NCBI GenBank assembly: GCA_050249955.1
Contig: JBFWPN010000009.1
Location: 126,529 to 190,528, forward strand
Origin: Vicinamibacterales bacterium
Lineage (GTDB): Bacteria; Acidobacteriota; Vicinamibacteria; Vicinamibacterales; CAVVIG01
Reading direction: 5' to 3'
Length of the DNA: 64,000 nucleotides
Of this stretch, positions 1-8,406 are shown piece by piece. The position numbers and the translations under genes were made by a program. Positions within the stretch are counted from its first letter, which is position 1; every line of letters starts with the position of its first letter. The notes under the pieces are model-generated. The model was not told the DNA's origin, ran no database searches, and saw only the letters and a list, made by a program, of their open reading frames with translations.

Positions 1-2
1 TT

Positions 3-278
3 CCCTGGAAGAAGAAGGCCTCTTCGACCGCGACAACCGATGTCCCGCCCCCGTCCTGGTGGAAGGAGACCATCTCCTTCCGATACAGCACCCTGATGTT
101 TCCGACCGGCTTTGAACCTGGCCGCTTCCGGCGGTGGACAGACCTTGACTCGAAAGTGGTCGCGCCATCCCCCAGGTTCCCGGCTGAGCTCATTCACTCG
201 GTGGGTGTGCATGTCGACCTCGAACCGATCATGAAGCGGCTGATCAAGGCATCGAAGTCGCGCGCCGGGGACTCGTAG
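3..278 (+). CDS. 3' fragment of a hypothetical protein (open from the window edge)
   Basis: The frame of ORF 96..278 stays open back to position 3 (PWKKKASSTATTDVPPPSWWKETISFRYSTLMFPTGF...RAGDS*). No recognisable motif. Confidence 0.45.
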   Translation, partial: PWKKKASSTATTDVPPPSWWKETISFRYSTLMFPTGFEPGRFRRWTDLDSKVVAPSPRFPAELIHSVGVHVDLEPIMKRLIKASKSRAGDS

Positions 279-428
279 AACCGGTTTCGCACCTGTTCGG
301 CGGGTGGCGCCGGATGGGCCGCTGCAGCGCCGACCGCCCGTCCGATCAAGTGTTCGTGAGGCGGCAAGCGGAAGCGGCCCTCCGGTGCCAGGACCCGCGA
401 CGCAGTTGTGGGACGCAATTCTGAGGCG

Positions 429-453
429 GTAACACTTTCCCGGACCCGGCGTT
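429..453 (+). promoter_or_regulatory. Putative ECF-type promoter (GTAAC-N16-CGTT) upstream of the sigma factor gene
   Basis: GTAAC at 429-433, a 16-nt spacer, then CGTT at 450-453. Matches the generic ECF AAC/CGT architecture. Confidence 0.35.
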
Positions 454-479
454 CCCTCCCAATCAAGGAGGGAACACCG
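447..479 (+). promoter_or_regulatory. Stem-loop covering the Shine-Dalgarno of the sigma factor gene
   Basis: GTTCCCTCC (451-459) is the exact reverse complement of GGAGGGAAC (467-475), extended by CGG/CCG after one mismatch. SD AAGGAGG at 465-471; GTG start at 481. Confidence 0.5.
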
Positions 480-480
480 C

Positions 481-1260
481 GTGCCAGGTCCACACTCAGT
501 CTCACCGTCCGACTTCTCGATCCTCTGCGACGTCATCGCCGTCGTCGCCCGCACCGCCGGGCTGCCGAAGGAAGACGCCGATGACTTCACGCAGCACGTC
601 CACCTGCGCCTGCTGGAGAAGAACTACGCCCCGCTGGCCATGTTCGCCGGCCAGAGTTCGCTCCGGACCTACCTCACGGTGGTGGTCCGTCGCCTGCTGC
701 TCGACTGGCGCAACGCCCGCTTCGGGAAGTGGCGCCCCTCGTCGGTCGCGAAGCGACTCGGGACGGCCGCGGTCGACCTCGATCGCCTGATCTGGCGCGA
801 TGGACACCCGGTGTCCGAAGCGGTCGCCATGCTCGAGGGGCGGCCGGGTGTGCCCGACGGGGGCACGCTGCGCGCCATCGCCGCCCAACTTCCGCCGCGC
901 CGCAAAGTGCGCGTGGTCGCTGCCGACGACCTGGAGCCGCTCGCAGCCGTGGGCTTCGACGACCCGGTGGCCCGCGACGAGTCGGCCGCCGCCAGCCGCG
1001 ACCTGCTGCGCGCCTTGCGCCGGGCCTGCCGCGCCCTGCCACAGGCTGACCGGCGCCTGCTGCACCTCCGCTATGCCCGCCGCCTGGCGGTCAGCGAGAT
1101 CGCGGTCATCCTCGACCAGCCGGCCAAGCCGCTCTACCGTCAGCTCGAGCGCATCGTCGCCACGCTCCGCCGGGTGCTGGCCGCCGAGGGCGTCCTGAAG
1201 ACCGCCGCACGCACGCAGGCCGGACAGGTGCGCGGTCCGCAGACCACCGCCGTGCATTGA
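481..1260 (+). CDS. Sigma-70 family (ECF-like) RNA polymerase sigma factor
   Basis: Region-2-like DADDFTQHVHLRLL...SSLRTYLTVVVRRLLLDWR; region-4-like LPQADRRLLHLRY...AVSEIAVIL...LYRQLERI; strong SD. Confidence 0.85.
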   Translation: MPGPHSVSPSDFSILCDVIAVVARTAGLPKEDADDFTQHVHLRLLEKNYAPLAMFAGQSSLRTYLTVVVRRLLLDWRNARFGKWRPSSVAKRLGTAAVDLDRLIWRDGHPVSEAVAMLEGRPGVPDGGTLRAIAAQLPPRRKVRVVAADDLEPLAAVGFDDPVARDESAAASRDLLRALRRACRALPQADRRLLHLRYARRLAVSEIAVILDQPAKPLYRQLERIVATLRRVLAAEGVLKTAARTQAGQVRGPQTTAVH

Positions 1261-1343
1261 CGCGGGACGTCGGTTGCGGGGTTCGCCCCGCGGTGTCGCG
1301 TATGAGGGCAGCGGCCACTCACGGCCGCAGGAGGAGATGACCG

Positions 1344-1529
1344 ATGCAGGACAACCGCTGCCCCAACTGCGAGAACGACATCACGACCACGGTCAACACC
1401 GCCGTGGCGGCCATGGTCCAGGCCGGCGACACCCAGCCGCGCGCCGTCGAGTGCCCGCACTGCAGCGAGCCCCTGGTCCTGTCGGCGCGGGTGACGACGA
1501 CGCTGCAGCGTGAGGTGGTGGTGGCCTGA
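1344..1529 (+). CDS. Small zinc-ribbon protein (CPNC...CPHC), 61 aa
   Basis: Two CxxC motifs; AGGAGGAG SD upstream of the ATG. Confidence 0.7.
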   Translation: MQDNRCPNCENDITTTVNTAVAAMVQAGDTQPRAVECPHCSEPLVLSARVTTTLQREVVVA

Positions 1530-1531
1530 CC

Positions 1532-2698
1532 TCAGGCGTCCAGCGCGTCCAGCGCCAGGCGCATCAGCTCATCGGGCAGTACGGCCTCGCCGTGCGCCCC
1601 CGCGACCCGCGCGGCGGTCGACACGGCCGCCCGCGCCGCATCGCCGAATGCCCCGTGGTAGTAGATCACCGGCTGGGTGTGGCCGCCGTCGCGCATGGCC
1701 TTCAGCAGCCTGAGGCCGGCGAGCGGCCCCTCGTCGTAACGCTGCCAGTCCGAGATCACCAGGTCGAACGCCTCGTCTGCCGTCGCCTCGGCCAGGCGTG
1801 CGAGGGCGTCGACCGTGGAGGTGACGGTCACCACCTCGATCTGGAGACGGGACAGCGCGACAATCTCGGCGCGGTTGCCCTCCGGGTGGTCATCCACCCA
1901 GAGCACCCGTTTCCACTCGGGCATGTCGATCGCGCGCAGCGCCTGATCCCGCAGGCTCTGTGGGTCCGGTGCCGGCCCGCCCTTCGCGACGGCCGCCTCG
2001 GTGATCTGCCGGGTGAACTGGCCGACCACCGCCTCCATGGGGGCATCGCTGGCTGCCGGCCCGACCGGCGTCAGCACCTCATCGAGGTGCAGCGTGTGTG
2101 CCGCCACGCCGCCCGCACCCACGGCAGGCGCCTTCGCCCCTGGAGTGGCTGTCGGCGCGCCGGAGGGCGCGAGGCCGTGCGCGGACGGCTTGGCCTGACG
2201 CCTCGCGTGCAGGTCGTCGACAACCCTGCGGATGCCAATTCCCACGTTCCGCCAGGCGCTGTCGCGGTCGGGCCATTCGGTGACCGGCTTCAGGTCCTTC
2301 GGCAGCCCCTGCAGCTTGAGGAAGGGGAACGTGTCGGCGTCGCCGGGTTCGAGCGGAGTCGGCCGCAGCATGATGGGCACCACGACCGACGTGCCTCGCT
2401 CGTGCGCCTCCATCGCCACCTGCAGCTCGTGCTCGAAGATGTACTGGCTCGCGATGAAGTCGTTGCTCACCAGCAGCAGGATCACGTCCGACGTGCGGAG
2501 ATGCTCCAGGATGGACGGATCCCACGGCTCACCCGGGCGAATGGCGCGGTCGGTCCACGACCTGATGACCTTCTTGTGTTCCAGGAACATCAGGCAGGTC
2601 TGCAGCTCCTCGCGCAGCGCCTCGTCCTTGTGCGAGTAGCTGTAGAAGAGGAGGAGCGGCACGCGGGGTGCGACGGCGGAGGGCTGGGCCGTGGGCAT
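1532..2698 (-). CDS. TIR (TIR_2-like) domain fused to a C-terminal response-regulator receiver domain
   Basis: N-terminal FYSYSHKD...WTDRAIRPG..W...LLLVSNDFIASQYIFEHEL...VVPIMLRP (TIR); C-terminal VLWVDDHPEGN...FDLVISDWQR (REC). Confidence 0.85.
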   Translation of the reverse strand: MPTAQPSAVAPRVPLLLFYSYSHKDEALREELQTCLMFLEHKKVIRSWTDRAIRPGEPWDPSILEHLRTSDVILLLVSNDFIASQYIFEHELQVAMEAHERGTSVVVPIMLRPTPLEPGDADTFPFLKLQGLPKDLKPVTEWPDRDSAWRNVGIGIRRVVDDLHARRQAKPSAHGLAPSGAPTATPGAKAPAVGAGGVAAHTLHLDEVLTPVGPAASDAPMEAVVGQFTRQITEAAVAKGGPAPDPQSLRDQALRAIDMPEWKRVLWVDDHPEGNRAEIVALSRLQIEVVTVTSTVDALARLAEATADEAFDLVISDWQRYDEGPLAGLRLLKAMRDGGHTQPVIYYHGAFGDAARAAVSTAARVAGAHGEAVLPDELMRLALDALDA

Positions 2699-2780
2699 CA
2701 GACGGCCATGTTACGGAGCGTCAGCCGGCGGATCAAGCAACACCACCGGTCCTGTCATCGTCTAACCGGGTGGAGCACAT

Positions 2781-3182
2781 ATGGCCGACGTCCCTGTCCC
2801 GAACGTATACGACCCCCAGTTGCGCTGGACCCAGATCATCTACGCGCTGCACGCCTTCAGCCTGCTCACCGGGATCCTCGGGGCTGCCACCGTCATCGGG
2901 GCGTTCCTCTTCGGCTGGCCGTCGATCATCGCGGTGATCCTCAACTATGTGAAGCGTGGCGACGTCAGGGGCACCTGGCTCGAGTCACACTTCCGCTGGC
3001 AGATTCGTACCTTCTGGTTCGGCCTGCTGTGGGTGGTGCTCTGTGGCGGCTTCGTCCTGATCACCCTCGGCATCGGGATCATCGTGGCGTGGGTGCCGCT
3101 GGTGGCGGTCACGGTCTGGTTCATCTACCGCATCGCACGCGGCTGGATTCGCTTGAACGATCGGCTGCCGATGTACCAGTGA
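2781..3182 (+). CDS. DUF4870-like inner-membrane protein
   Basis: Hydrophobic helices with the family motifs IIAVILNYVKR...SHFRWQIRTFW...WFIYRIARGW. Confidence 0.8.
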   Translation: MADVPVPNVYDPQLRWTQIIYALHAFSLLTGILGAATVIGAFLFGWPSIIAVILNYVKRGDVRGTWLESHFRWQIRTFWFGLLWVVLCGGFVLITLGIGIIVAWVPLVAVTVWFIYRIARGWIRLNDRLPMYQ

Positions 3183-3373
3183 CCTGCCGATCGGCGCGCA
3201 CGCATCTGTGACAAAACCGTGGCACGCGCGGTGCGAGGCCGCGCGTCCACGTACGGTCACGCTGTCCTTCCGGGCGAGCAGCGCCGTTGCCGCGGGGTGA
3301 CACCGAGCGGGCGCGACAGCCAGCGACGTGCGATCGTCACCCGGCATTCCGGCGTCCTCGCCAGGCTCTGCCG

Positions 3374-3389
3374 TGGCACTTCGGTTGCT
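3374..3389 (+). promoter_or_regulatory. Sigma-54 (-24/-12) promoter
   Basis: TGGCAC-TTCGG-TTGCT is a perfect TGGCAC-N5-TTGCW match, about 40 nt upstream of GTG 3429 (SD AGGAG at 3414-3418). Confidence 0.65.
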
Positions 3390-3428
3390 CCTGTCTCCTG
3401 TGTCCACCCAACCAGGAGCTGGAAAACT

Positions 3429-4304
3429 GTGACACGAATTTCACACACACTTCGGATCGGCGTGGCCACCGCAATGGCGGCGGGCGCGCTTCTCATGGCA
3501 TCGAGTGACGCAGCCGCGCAGGGGCGCGGAGGTCCGCGCGGAGGCGGGCCCCGCGGAGGAGGCGGCCCCGTCGTCGGGCCGCGCGGCGGCGCAGTCGTCG
3601 CGGCACCGATCTACTACTACGGCTACGGTCCCTTCGATCCCTTCTGGGGCACGATGTGGTCGCCCTACTGGGGCTGGTACGGTCCGTACGGCTTCGGCCC
3701 GTGGGATCGCGGCGTCGGCTACGGGTACGACCCCAACGCCAGTTCCGCGCGGATCCAGGTGAAGCCGAAGAACGCCGAGGTCTACGTCGACGGTTACCTG
3801 GCCGGTACCGTGGACGACTTCGACGGCGCGCTGCAGCGGTTGAACATTCCCGCCGGTGAACACGCGATCACGCTCTACCTCGAGGGCTACCGCACGATCA
3901 CGCAGAACGTGCTGTTCCGTCCGCGCGCGACCGTGAACATCAAGTACGACATGGAGAAGTTGTCCTCCGGCGAGTCGTCTGGTGCCAGGCCGGAGCCCGG
4001 CGCGGAACCGCCGAACCCCATGCAGCGGCCGGGCATGCCCGACCGCACGAGCGGCACATCCGGGCGGCAGGCAGGCGCGCGCGGCGAGTTCGGCACGCTG
4101 CTCGTCCGCGTGCAGCCCCAGGATGCGGTCGTGTACGTCGATGGCCAGGAGTGGCAGACCGGCGGGTCGGGTCCGCTCTCCCTCGAGCTTCCGGCCGGCA
4201 TGCACGATGTCGAAGTGCGGCAGGACGGATTCGAGCCGTTCCGTCGGGTCGTCAGCGTGCGGCCGGGCAACACGACCACCCTCAACGTGAGTCTCTCGCG
4301 ATGA
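3429..4304 (+). CDS. Secreted protein with two PEGA domains and a Gly/Tyr/Pro/Trp-rich N-terminal region
   Basis: Signal peptide (..SSDAAAQ), GGPR repeats, two PEGA-like units (VKPKNAEVYVDG..G.H.ITL; VQPQDAVVYVDG..AGMHDVEVR). Start reassigned to GTG 3429 using the SD. Confidence 0.8.
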   Translation: MTRISHTLRIGVATAMAAGALLMASSDAAAQGRGGPRGGGPRGGGGPVVGPRGGAVVAAPIYYYGYGPFDPFWGTMWSPYWGWYGPYGFGPWDRGVGYGYDPNASSARIQVKPKNAEVYVDGYLAGTVDDFDGALQRLNIPAGEHAITLYLEGYRTITQNVLFRPRATVNIKYDMEKLSSGESSGARPEPGAEPPNPMQRPGMPDRTSGTSGRQAGARGEFGTLLVRVQPQDAVVYVDGQEWQTGGSGPLSLELPAGMHDVEVRQDGFEPFRRVVSVRPGNTTTLNVSLSR

Positions 4305-4966
4305 CACCCCGTCTCTTCGTCACGCTCGCGCTCACGGCCGTCGTCGTGCTGGCGGCCGCGCCGGCGCGCGCCCAGCAGTCGGGCGCCTCGGGCGGTCTCC
4401 ATGTGACACCGCTCGAGAGCGGCTTCGTCATCGCGCCGGACATCCGGCTCACCACCATCAACGATCGATCGGCGACGCTCGCCGGCGCCTATGGCGGCTA
4501 CGAGGTCGATCGCACCTTCTTCGTTGGCGCCGCGGCCTACTGGCTCGCCAATCGCGACGACGACTTCAAGACGCAGTACGCCGGCGGCCTGGTCCGCTGG
4601 ACGGTCGGCGGTCATCGCGCGGTCGGCGTCAGCACCGGGGCGTTCGTCGGCCTCGGCAGCGCCACGCTGTCACGCACCTACGCCGACCTGTTCGGCGAGC
4701 CGGTCGTGGCTGCCGCGAACACCCGTCCCGGCCAGGCCGGCCGCGGCACCATTGGCGTGCCGTCGCGCATCAACGGCGCCTCGCTCCTCCGCATCAAGGA
4801 CGATTTCGTGGTCGCGGAACCCCAGGTGAACCTGCTGCTTCGGCTCGCCCCCTGGATGCGGCTCGATGTGGGCGCCGGTTACCGGTTCGTGGGTGCCTCG
4901 AACCTGCTCGAACGCCAGCTGCGCGGCGCCAGCGGCAGCATCGCGCTCCGTTTCGGCGGCAACTAG
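4301..4966 (+). CDS. Putative outer-membrane beta-barrel protein
   Basis: ATGA overlap with the PEGA gene; signal peptide ..PARAQ; alternating beta-strands (RLDVGAGYRF, GSIALRFG). Confidence 0.65.
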   Translation: MTPRLFVTLALTAVVVLAAAPARAQQSGASGGLHVTPLESGFVIAPDIRLTTINDRSATLAGAYGGYEVDRTFFVGAAAYWLANRDDDFKTQYAGGLVRWTVGGHRAVGVSTGAFVGLGSATLSRTYADLFGEPVVAAANTRPGQAGRGTIGVPSRINGASLLRIKDDFVVAEPQVNLLLRLAPWMRLDVGAGYRFVGASNLLERQLRGASGSIALRFGGN

Positions 4967-5049
4967 CGGCCGACACGTCGGATGTGCGCCGGGCGGACCA
5001 TGCCCCGTCCGGCGCACACCGACGTGCGTCATGGCGTGCGGCCCGAGGG

Positions 5050-5793
5050 TCAGTCGACGTCGAACGGGTCGACGCCCCACGACCGGAGGATGGCGTCCTG
5101 TTCCGTGGCGCTCGTGGCCTTCTTGAAGCGCGCACCGGAACGACCCTTCACGCGCGCCTCGCATTCGGCCCACGTCGCATGACGCATGGGCTGTCCATCG
5201 ACCACACTCAGGTACGAGAAGGCCGGCGCCTTCGTCCGGGCCTGGCCCGAACTGCCGTTACGCGCCGGCACGCTCGTGTCTTCCGGCAGGCGCGTGATGT
5301 CCGCGACCGGGTAGTCGTGAATCGGCCCGTCGTACAACGACATGGGTTGCCCGGTGGCGAAGGCATCGGCGATCCGGTCCACGCGCTCGTTGCCCGGCGT
5401 GCCCACGTGACCGCGCACGTAATGCCAGGAGATGTTCCGCGGCCCCCTCGCCGCGGTCAGTTCCGAGAGCGCCTCCCAGAGATCCCGGTTGAGCACGTCT
5501 GCTCCCGTGGCGGTCTTCCAGCCCCGCCTGCGCCAGCCATGGATCCACTCCCTGATGCCCTGGATCACGTACGTGGAGTCGGTATAGACATCCAGCGGAC
5601 CCTGCACCCGCTGCAGATGCCCCAGTGCCTGGATGGCACCGGTCAGCTCCATCTTGTTGTTCGTCGTGACGGGGGCGCCACCACCCAGCTCGGTGACGTG
5701 CCCGTTGGGCTCGATGATGACGACGCCCCATCCGCCGGGGCCGGGATTCCCCTTGGAGGAGCCATCGGTGAAGACGACTGTTCGGTGATTCAT
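5050..5793 (-). CDS. rnhA: Ribonuclease HI with a C-terminal hybrid-binding (Cauli_VI/viroplasmin-like) domain
   Basis: FTDGSSKGNPGPGG, TTNNKMEL, YTDSTYV, NRDLW, VRGHVG..GNERVD; C-terminal TWAECEARVKG..GARFKK. Confidence 0.92.
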   Translation of the reverse strand: MNHRTVVFTDGSSKGNPGPGGWGVVIIEPNGHVTELGGGAPVTTNNKMELTGAIQALGHLQRVQGPLDVYTDSTYVIQGIREWIHGWRRRGWKTATGADVLNRDLWEALSELTAARGPRNISWHYVRGHVGTPGNERVDRIADAFATGQPMSLYDGPIHDYPVADITRLPEDTSVPARNGSSGQARTKAPAFSYLSVVDGQPMRHATWAECEARVKGRSGARFKKATSATEQDAILRSWGVDPFDVD

Positions 5794-5982
5794 GGATGCT
5801 CGCGCTGGCCGGTGCCTGCGCGTCCTAGTGTGCCCGCTTTCCGGTGGCGATGCCATCGCCGCACCCGCCTTGTGCCGCGTCGGAACCGGCGGCTGTCACC
5901 CGCGGCGTCGTTTTCGCATCTGTCGGGTCGGGACGCTCCGGTCCGCCAGGGGCCGGTCCGCCCGACAATCTGGAGGAGTGTC

Positions 5983-6135
5983 ATGTGTCAGCGCGTCCAG
6001 TGTGAGAAGTGCGGGAAGGCCTCGTGGGTCGGTTGCGGGCAGCACGTGGAGGAGGTCCTGAAGGGCGTCCCGCAGTCGCAGCGCTGCCAGTGCGAACGGC
6101 CGAAGTCGTTCCTGGACCGCCTGTTCGGGCGTTGA
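5983..6135 (+). CDS. Small Cys-rich protein (50 aa), probable metal-binding
   Basis: MCQRVQCEKCGKASWVGCGQHVEEVLKGVPQSQRCQC...; GGAGGAG SD upstream of ATG 5983. Confidence 0.75.
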   Translation: MCQRVQCEKCGKASWVGCGQHVEEVLKGVPQSQRCQCERPKSFLDRLFGR

Positions 6136-6234
6136 GCCCGGTTCTCCCAGGGCCGGGGTGAATCCCCCGGCGGCCCTCCACACGTCAATCAGCGGGTGAT
6201 ACTCCACGCCCCTGCCGGGGTACGCTGGGCTCGC

Positions 6235-6816
6235 ATGCCCAAAGCCGCCATCACTCGCCTGTTCCTCGAAGGTCGCACCCATCACCACTGGCTCGAGCGC
6301 CCGGTGGAGGACGAGGTGCTCCGGCAGCTCTATGAGCTTGCCCGCATGCCTCCGACCGCGGCCAACACGCAGCCGCTGCGCCTCGTGTTCGTGAAGTCCG
6401 CCGCGAGCAAGGAGCAGCTCAGGCCGGCCATCTGGCCGAACAACGTCGACAAGGTGATGCAGGCGCCGGTCACCGCCATCGCCGCCTACGACCTCGAGTT
6501 CTACGAGCAGATGCCGAAGCTGATGCCCGGTGTCGACGCCCGGGGGCGCATGCTCGAACGCCCCGCGGCGGCCCGCGAGATCATCGCGCGGCAGAATGGC
6601 ACGCTGCAGGGCGGCTACCTGATTCTCGCGGCGAGGGCGCTGGGCCTGGACTGCGGACCCATCGGCGGCTTCGACCAGGCACTGGTCGACGAGACCTTCC
6701 TCGCGGGCACCGCGTGGAAGTCGAACTTCCTCCTGAACCTCGGATACGCCGACCACGAGAAGCTGCCGCCGCGGCGTCCACGACTCGACTTCGACGACGC
6801 CTGCCGGGTGGTCTGA
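6235..6816 (+). CDS. Nitroreductase family, malonic semialdehyde reductase (RutE-like)
   Basis: LFLEGRTH..W, PPTAANTQP, NGTLQGGYLILAARALGLDCGPIGGFD, NFLLNLGY, PRRPRLDFD. Confidence 0.85.
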   Translation: MPKAAITRLFLEGRTHHHWLERPVEDEVLRQLYELARMPPTAANTQPLRLVFVKSAASKEQLRPAIWPNNVDKVMQAPVTAIAAYDLEFYEQMPKLMPGVDARGRMLERPAAAREIIARQNGTLQGGYLILAARALGLDCGPIGGFDQALVDETFLAGTAWKSNFLLNLGYADHEKLPPRRPRLDFDDACRVV

Positions 6817-7055
6817 CCTCGCCCGTCGGGCAGCCGGCTGGCTGCCGCAGTGCAGCGACCAGCCTGCACTCCCGGCGCCGCCGTGCCGACTCGAACTGGT
6901 GGGGGCAGGCGTGGCAAGGGGACGGGCCTGGGTCACGCTCGACCTCGCCGCGCGGACCTTCGCTGTCGTGAGACGCTACACACCACCGTGTAAGTCGATT
7001 TGACGAGTTGTTGACCTCGCACTGACATCCCCCGGGGCGCCATCACCGATTCTGT

Positions 7056-7081
7056 CCCTGCCCGAATCGGACCGGGCAGGG
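7056..7081 (+). promoter_or_regulatory. Leader hairpin abutting the SD of the glycosyltransferase operon
   Basis: CCCTGCCCG (7056-7064) pairs with CGGGCAGGG (7073-7081); GGAGGG follows, then GTG 7093. Confidence 0.35.
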
Positions 7082-7092
7082 GAGGGTGAACG

Positions 7093-8406
7093 GTGCTCCA
7101 GCAGGACGGGTCAATTCGCGCGCGACGGCACCAGCCGATGGTTGCGCAGCGCGCGCTCGCCATCGCTCGGCTGGCCGACACGGCCAGGCGACGGCGAACG
7201 CCGGCCGACGAGCCCCGCGTCCTCTTCTATTCCCACGATTCATTCGGGCTGGGCCACATTCGCCGCACCCTCTCCCTCTGCGAGGCGGTCCGCCAGCGCT
7301 ATCCGCGGGCGTCGCTCCTGGTGCTGACCGGCAGCTCCGCCGTCTCCAACCTCCCGATGCCCGAGGGGGTCGACTGGGTGAAGCTCCCCTGCGTCACCAA
7401 GGTCGACGATGGGGAGTACCGGTCGCGCCACCTGCCACTCGGGTTCGACGCCGTCCGCGCCGTCCGCCGCGACATCATCCACTCCACCGCACTCGCCTAT
7501 CGGCCCACGCTCGTCTTCGTGGACAACGTGCCGCTCGGGCTGAAGGGCGAACTGCGGCGCACGCTCGAATCGCTCAGGACCGCCAGCCCCGGCGTCCGCA
7601 TCGTCCTCACGCTGCGCGACATCATCGACGACCCGGAGCGCACGATCGAGCGCTGGCGGCGCGAGCGCACCTGCGAAACGATCGATCGCCTCTATGACGA
7701 CGTGGTCGTGTACGGCGCACGCGAGGTGTTCGACATCGTGCGCGAGTACCGGCTCCCGTCGTCGCTCGCGGCCAAGACCCACTACGCCGGCTACATCAGG
7801 CGTGAACCGTCGGGGTCGGTGACGGGCCTGCGCGCCAGGCTGGCACGAGGAGCCGACCGCCTGGTGCTCGTCACCGTGGGCGGCGGGGGCGACGGCCGAC
7901 ACCTGGTGGAGAGCTACCTCGAGGGGCTTGCCAGGCGCGGACCGGAGGGTCTCGGCGATCGGGTGCACTCGCTCGTCGTCTGCGGACCCGAGATGGATGC
8001 CGACGTGCGCCAGCGCGTCCGCCTGCGTCATGGGCACCGGCGCGACGTCAGCATCATCGATTTCACGCCGGACCTCGTCACCACCATGGCGGCATCGGAC
8101 GTGGTGGTGGGCATGGGCGGGTACAACACCGTCTGCGAGGTGCTGTCGCTCGCCAAGCCGGCCGTGATCATGCCGCGGCGTGCACCGCGCCTCGAGCAGT
8201 GGATCCGGTGCACGCGACTCGCCGACCTCGGGCTGGTGCGCGTCGTCCACCCCGAGCACGACCCTGCCGGTGCACTCATGCGCGAGGTTGGGGCCGCCCT
8301 GGTGGCGCCTCCGCCGCCCGCCACCTCCCTCAACCTTGCCGGGCTGTCCACGCTGGACCAGCTGCTGCCCGGCTTCATCGGCGCCACGGGCGCCGGAGAC
8401 CGATGA
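7093..8406 (+). CDS. Predicted glycosyltransferase (GT-B, COG4671-like)
   Basis: FYSHDSFGLGHIRR, VTVGGGGDG, SDVVVGMGGYNTVCE, PR...EQWIR. Confidence 0.85.
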   Translation: MLQQDGSIRARRHQPMVAQRALAIARLADTARRRRTPADEPRVLFYSHDSFGLGHIRRTLSLCEAVRQRYPRASLLVLTGSSAVSNLPMPEGVDWVKLPCVTKVDDGEYRSRHLPLGFDAVRAVRRDIIHSTALAYRPTLVFVDNVPLGLKGELRRTLESLRTASPGVRIVLTLRDIIDDPERTIERWRRERTCETIDRLYDDVVVYGAREVFDIVREYRLPSSLAAKTHYAGYIRREPSGSVTGLRARLARGADRLVLVTVGGGGDGRHLVESYLEGLARRGPEGLGDRVHSLVVCGPEMDADVRQRVRLRHGHRRDVSIIDFTPDLVTTMAASDVVVGMGGYNTVCEVLSLAKPAVIMPRRAPRLEQWIRCTRLADLGLVRVVHPEHDPAGALMREVGAALVAPPPPATSLNLAGLSTLDQLLPGFIGATGAGDR

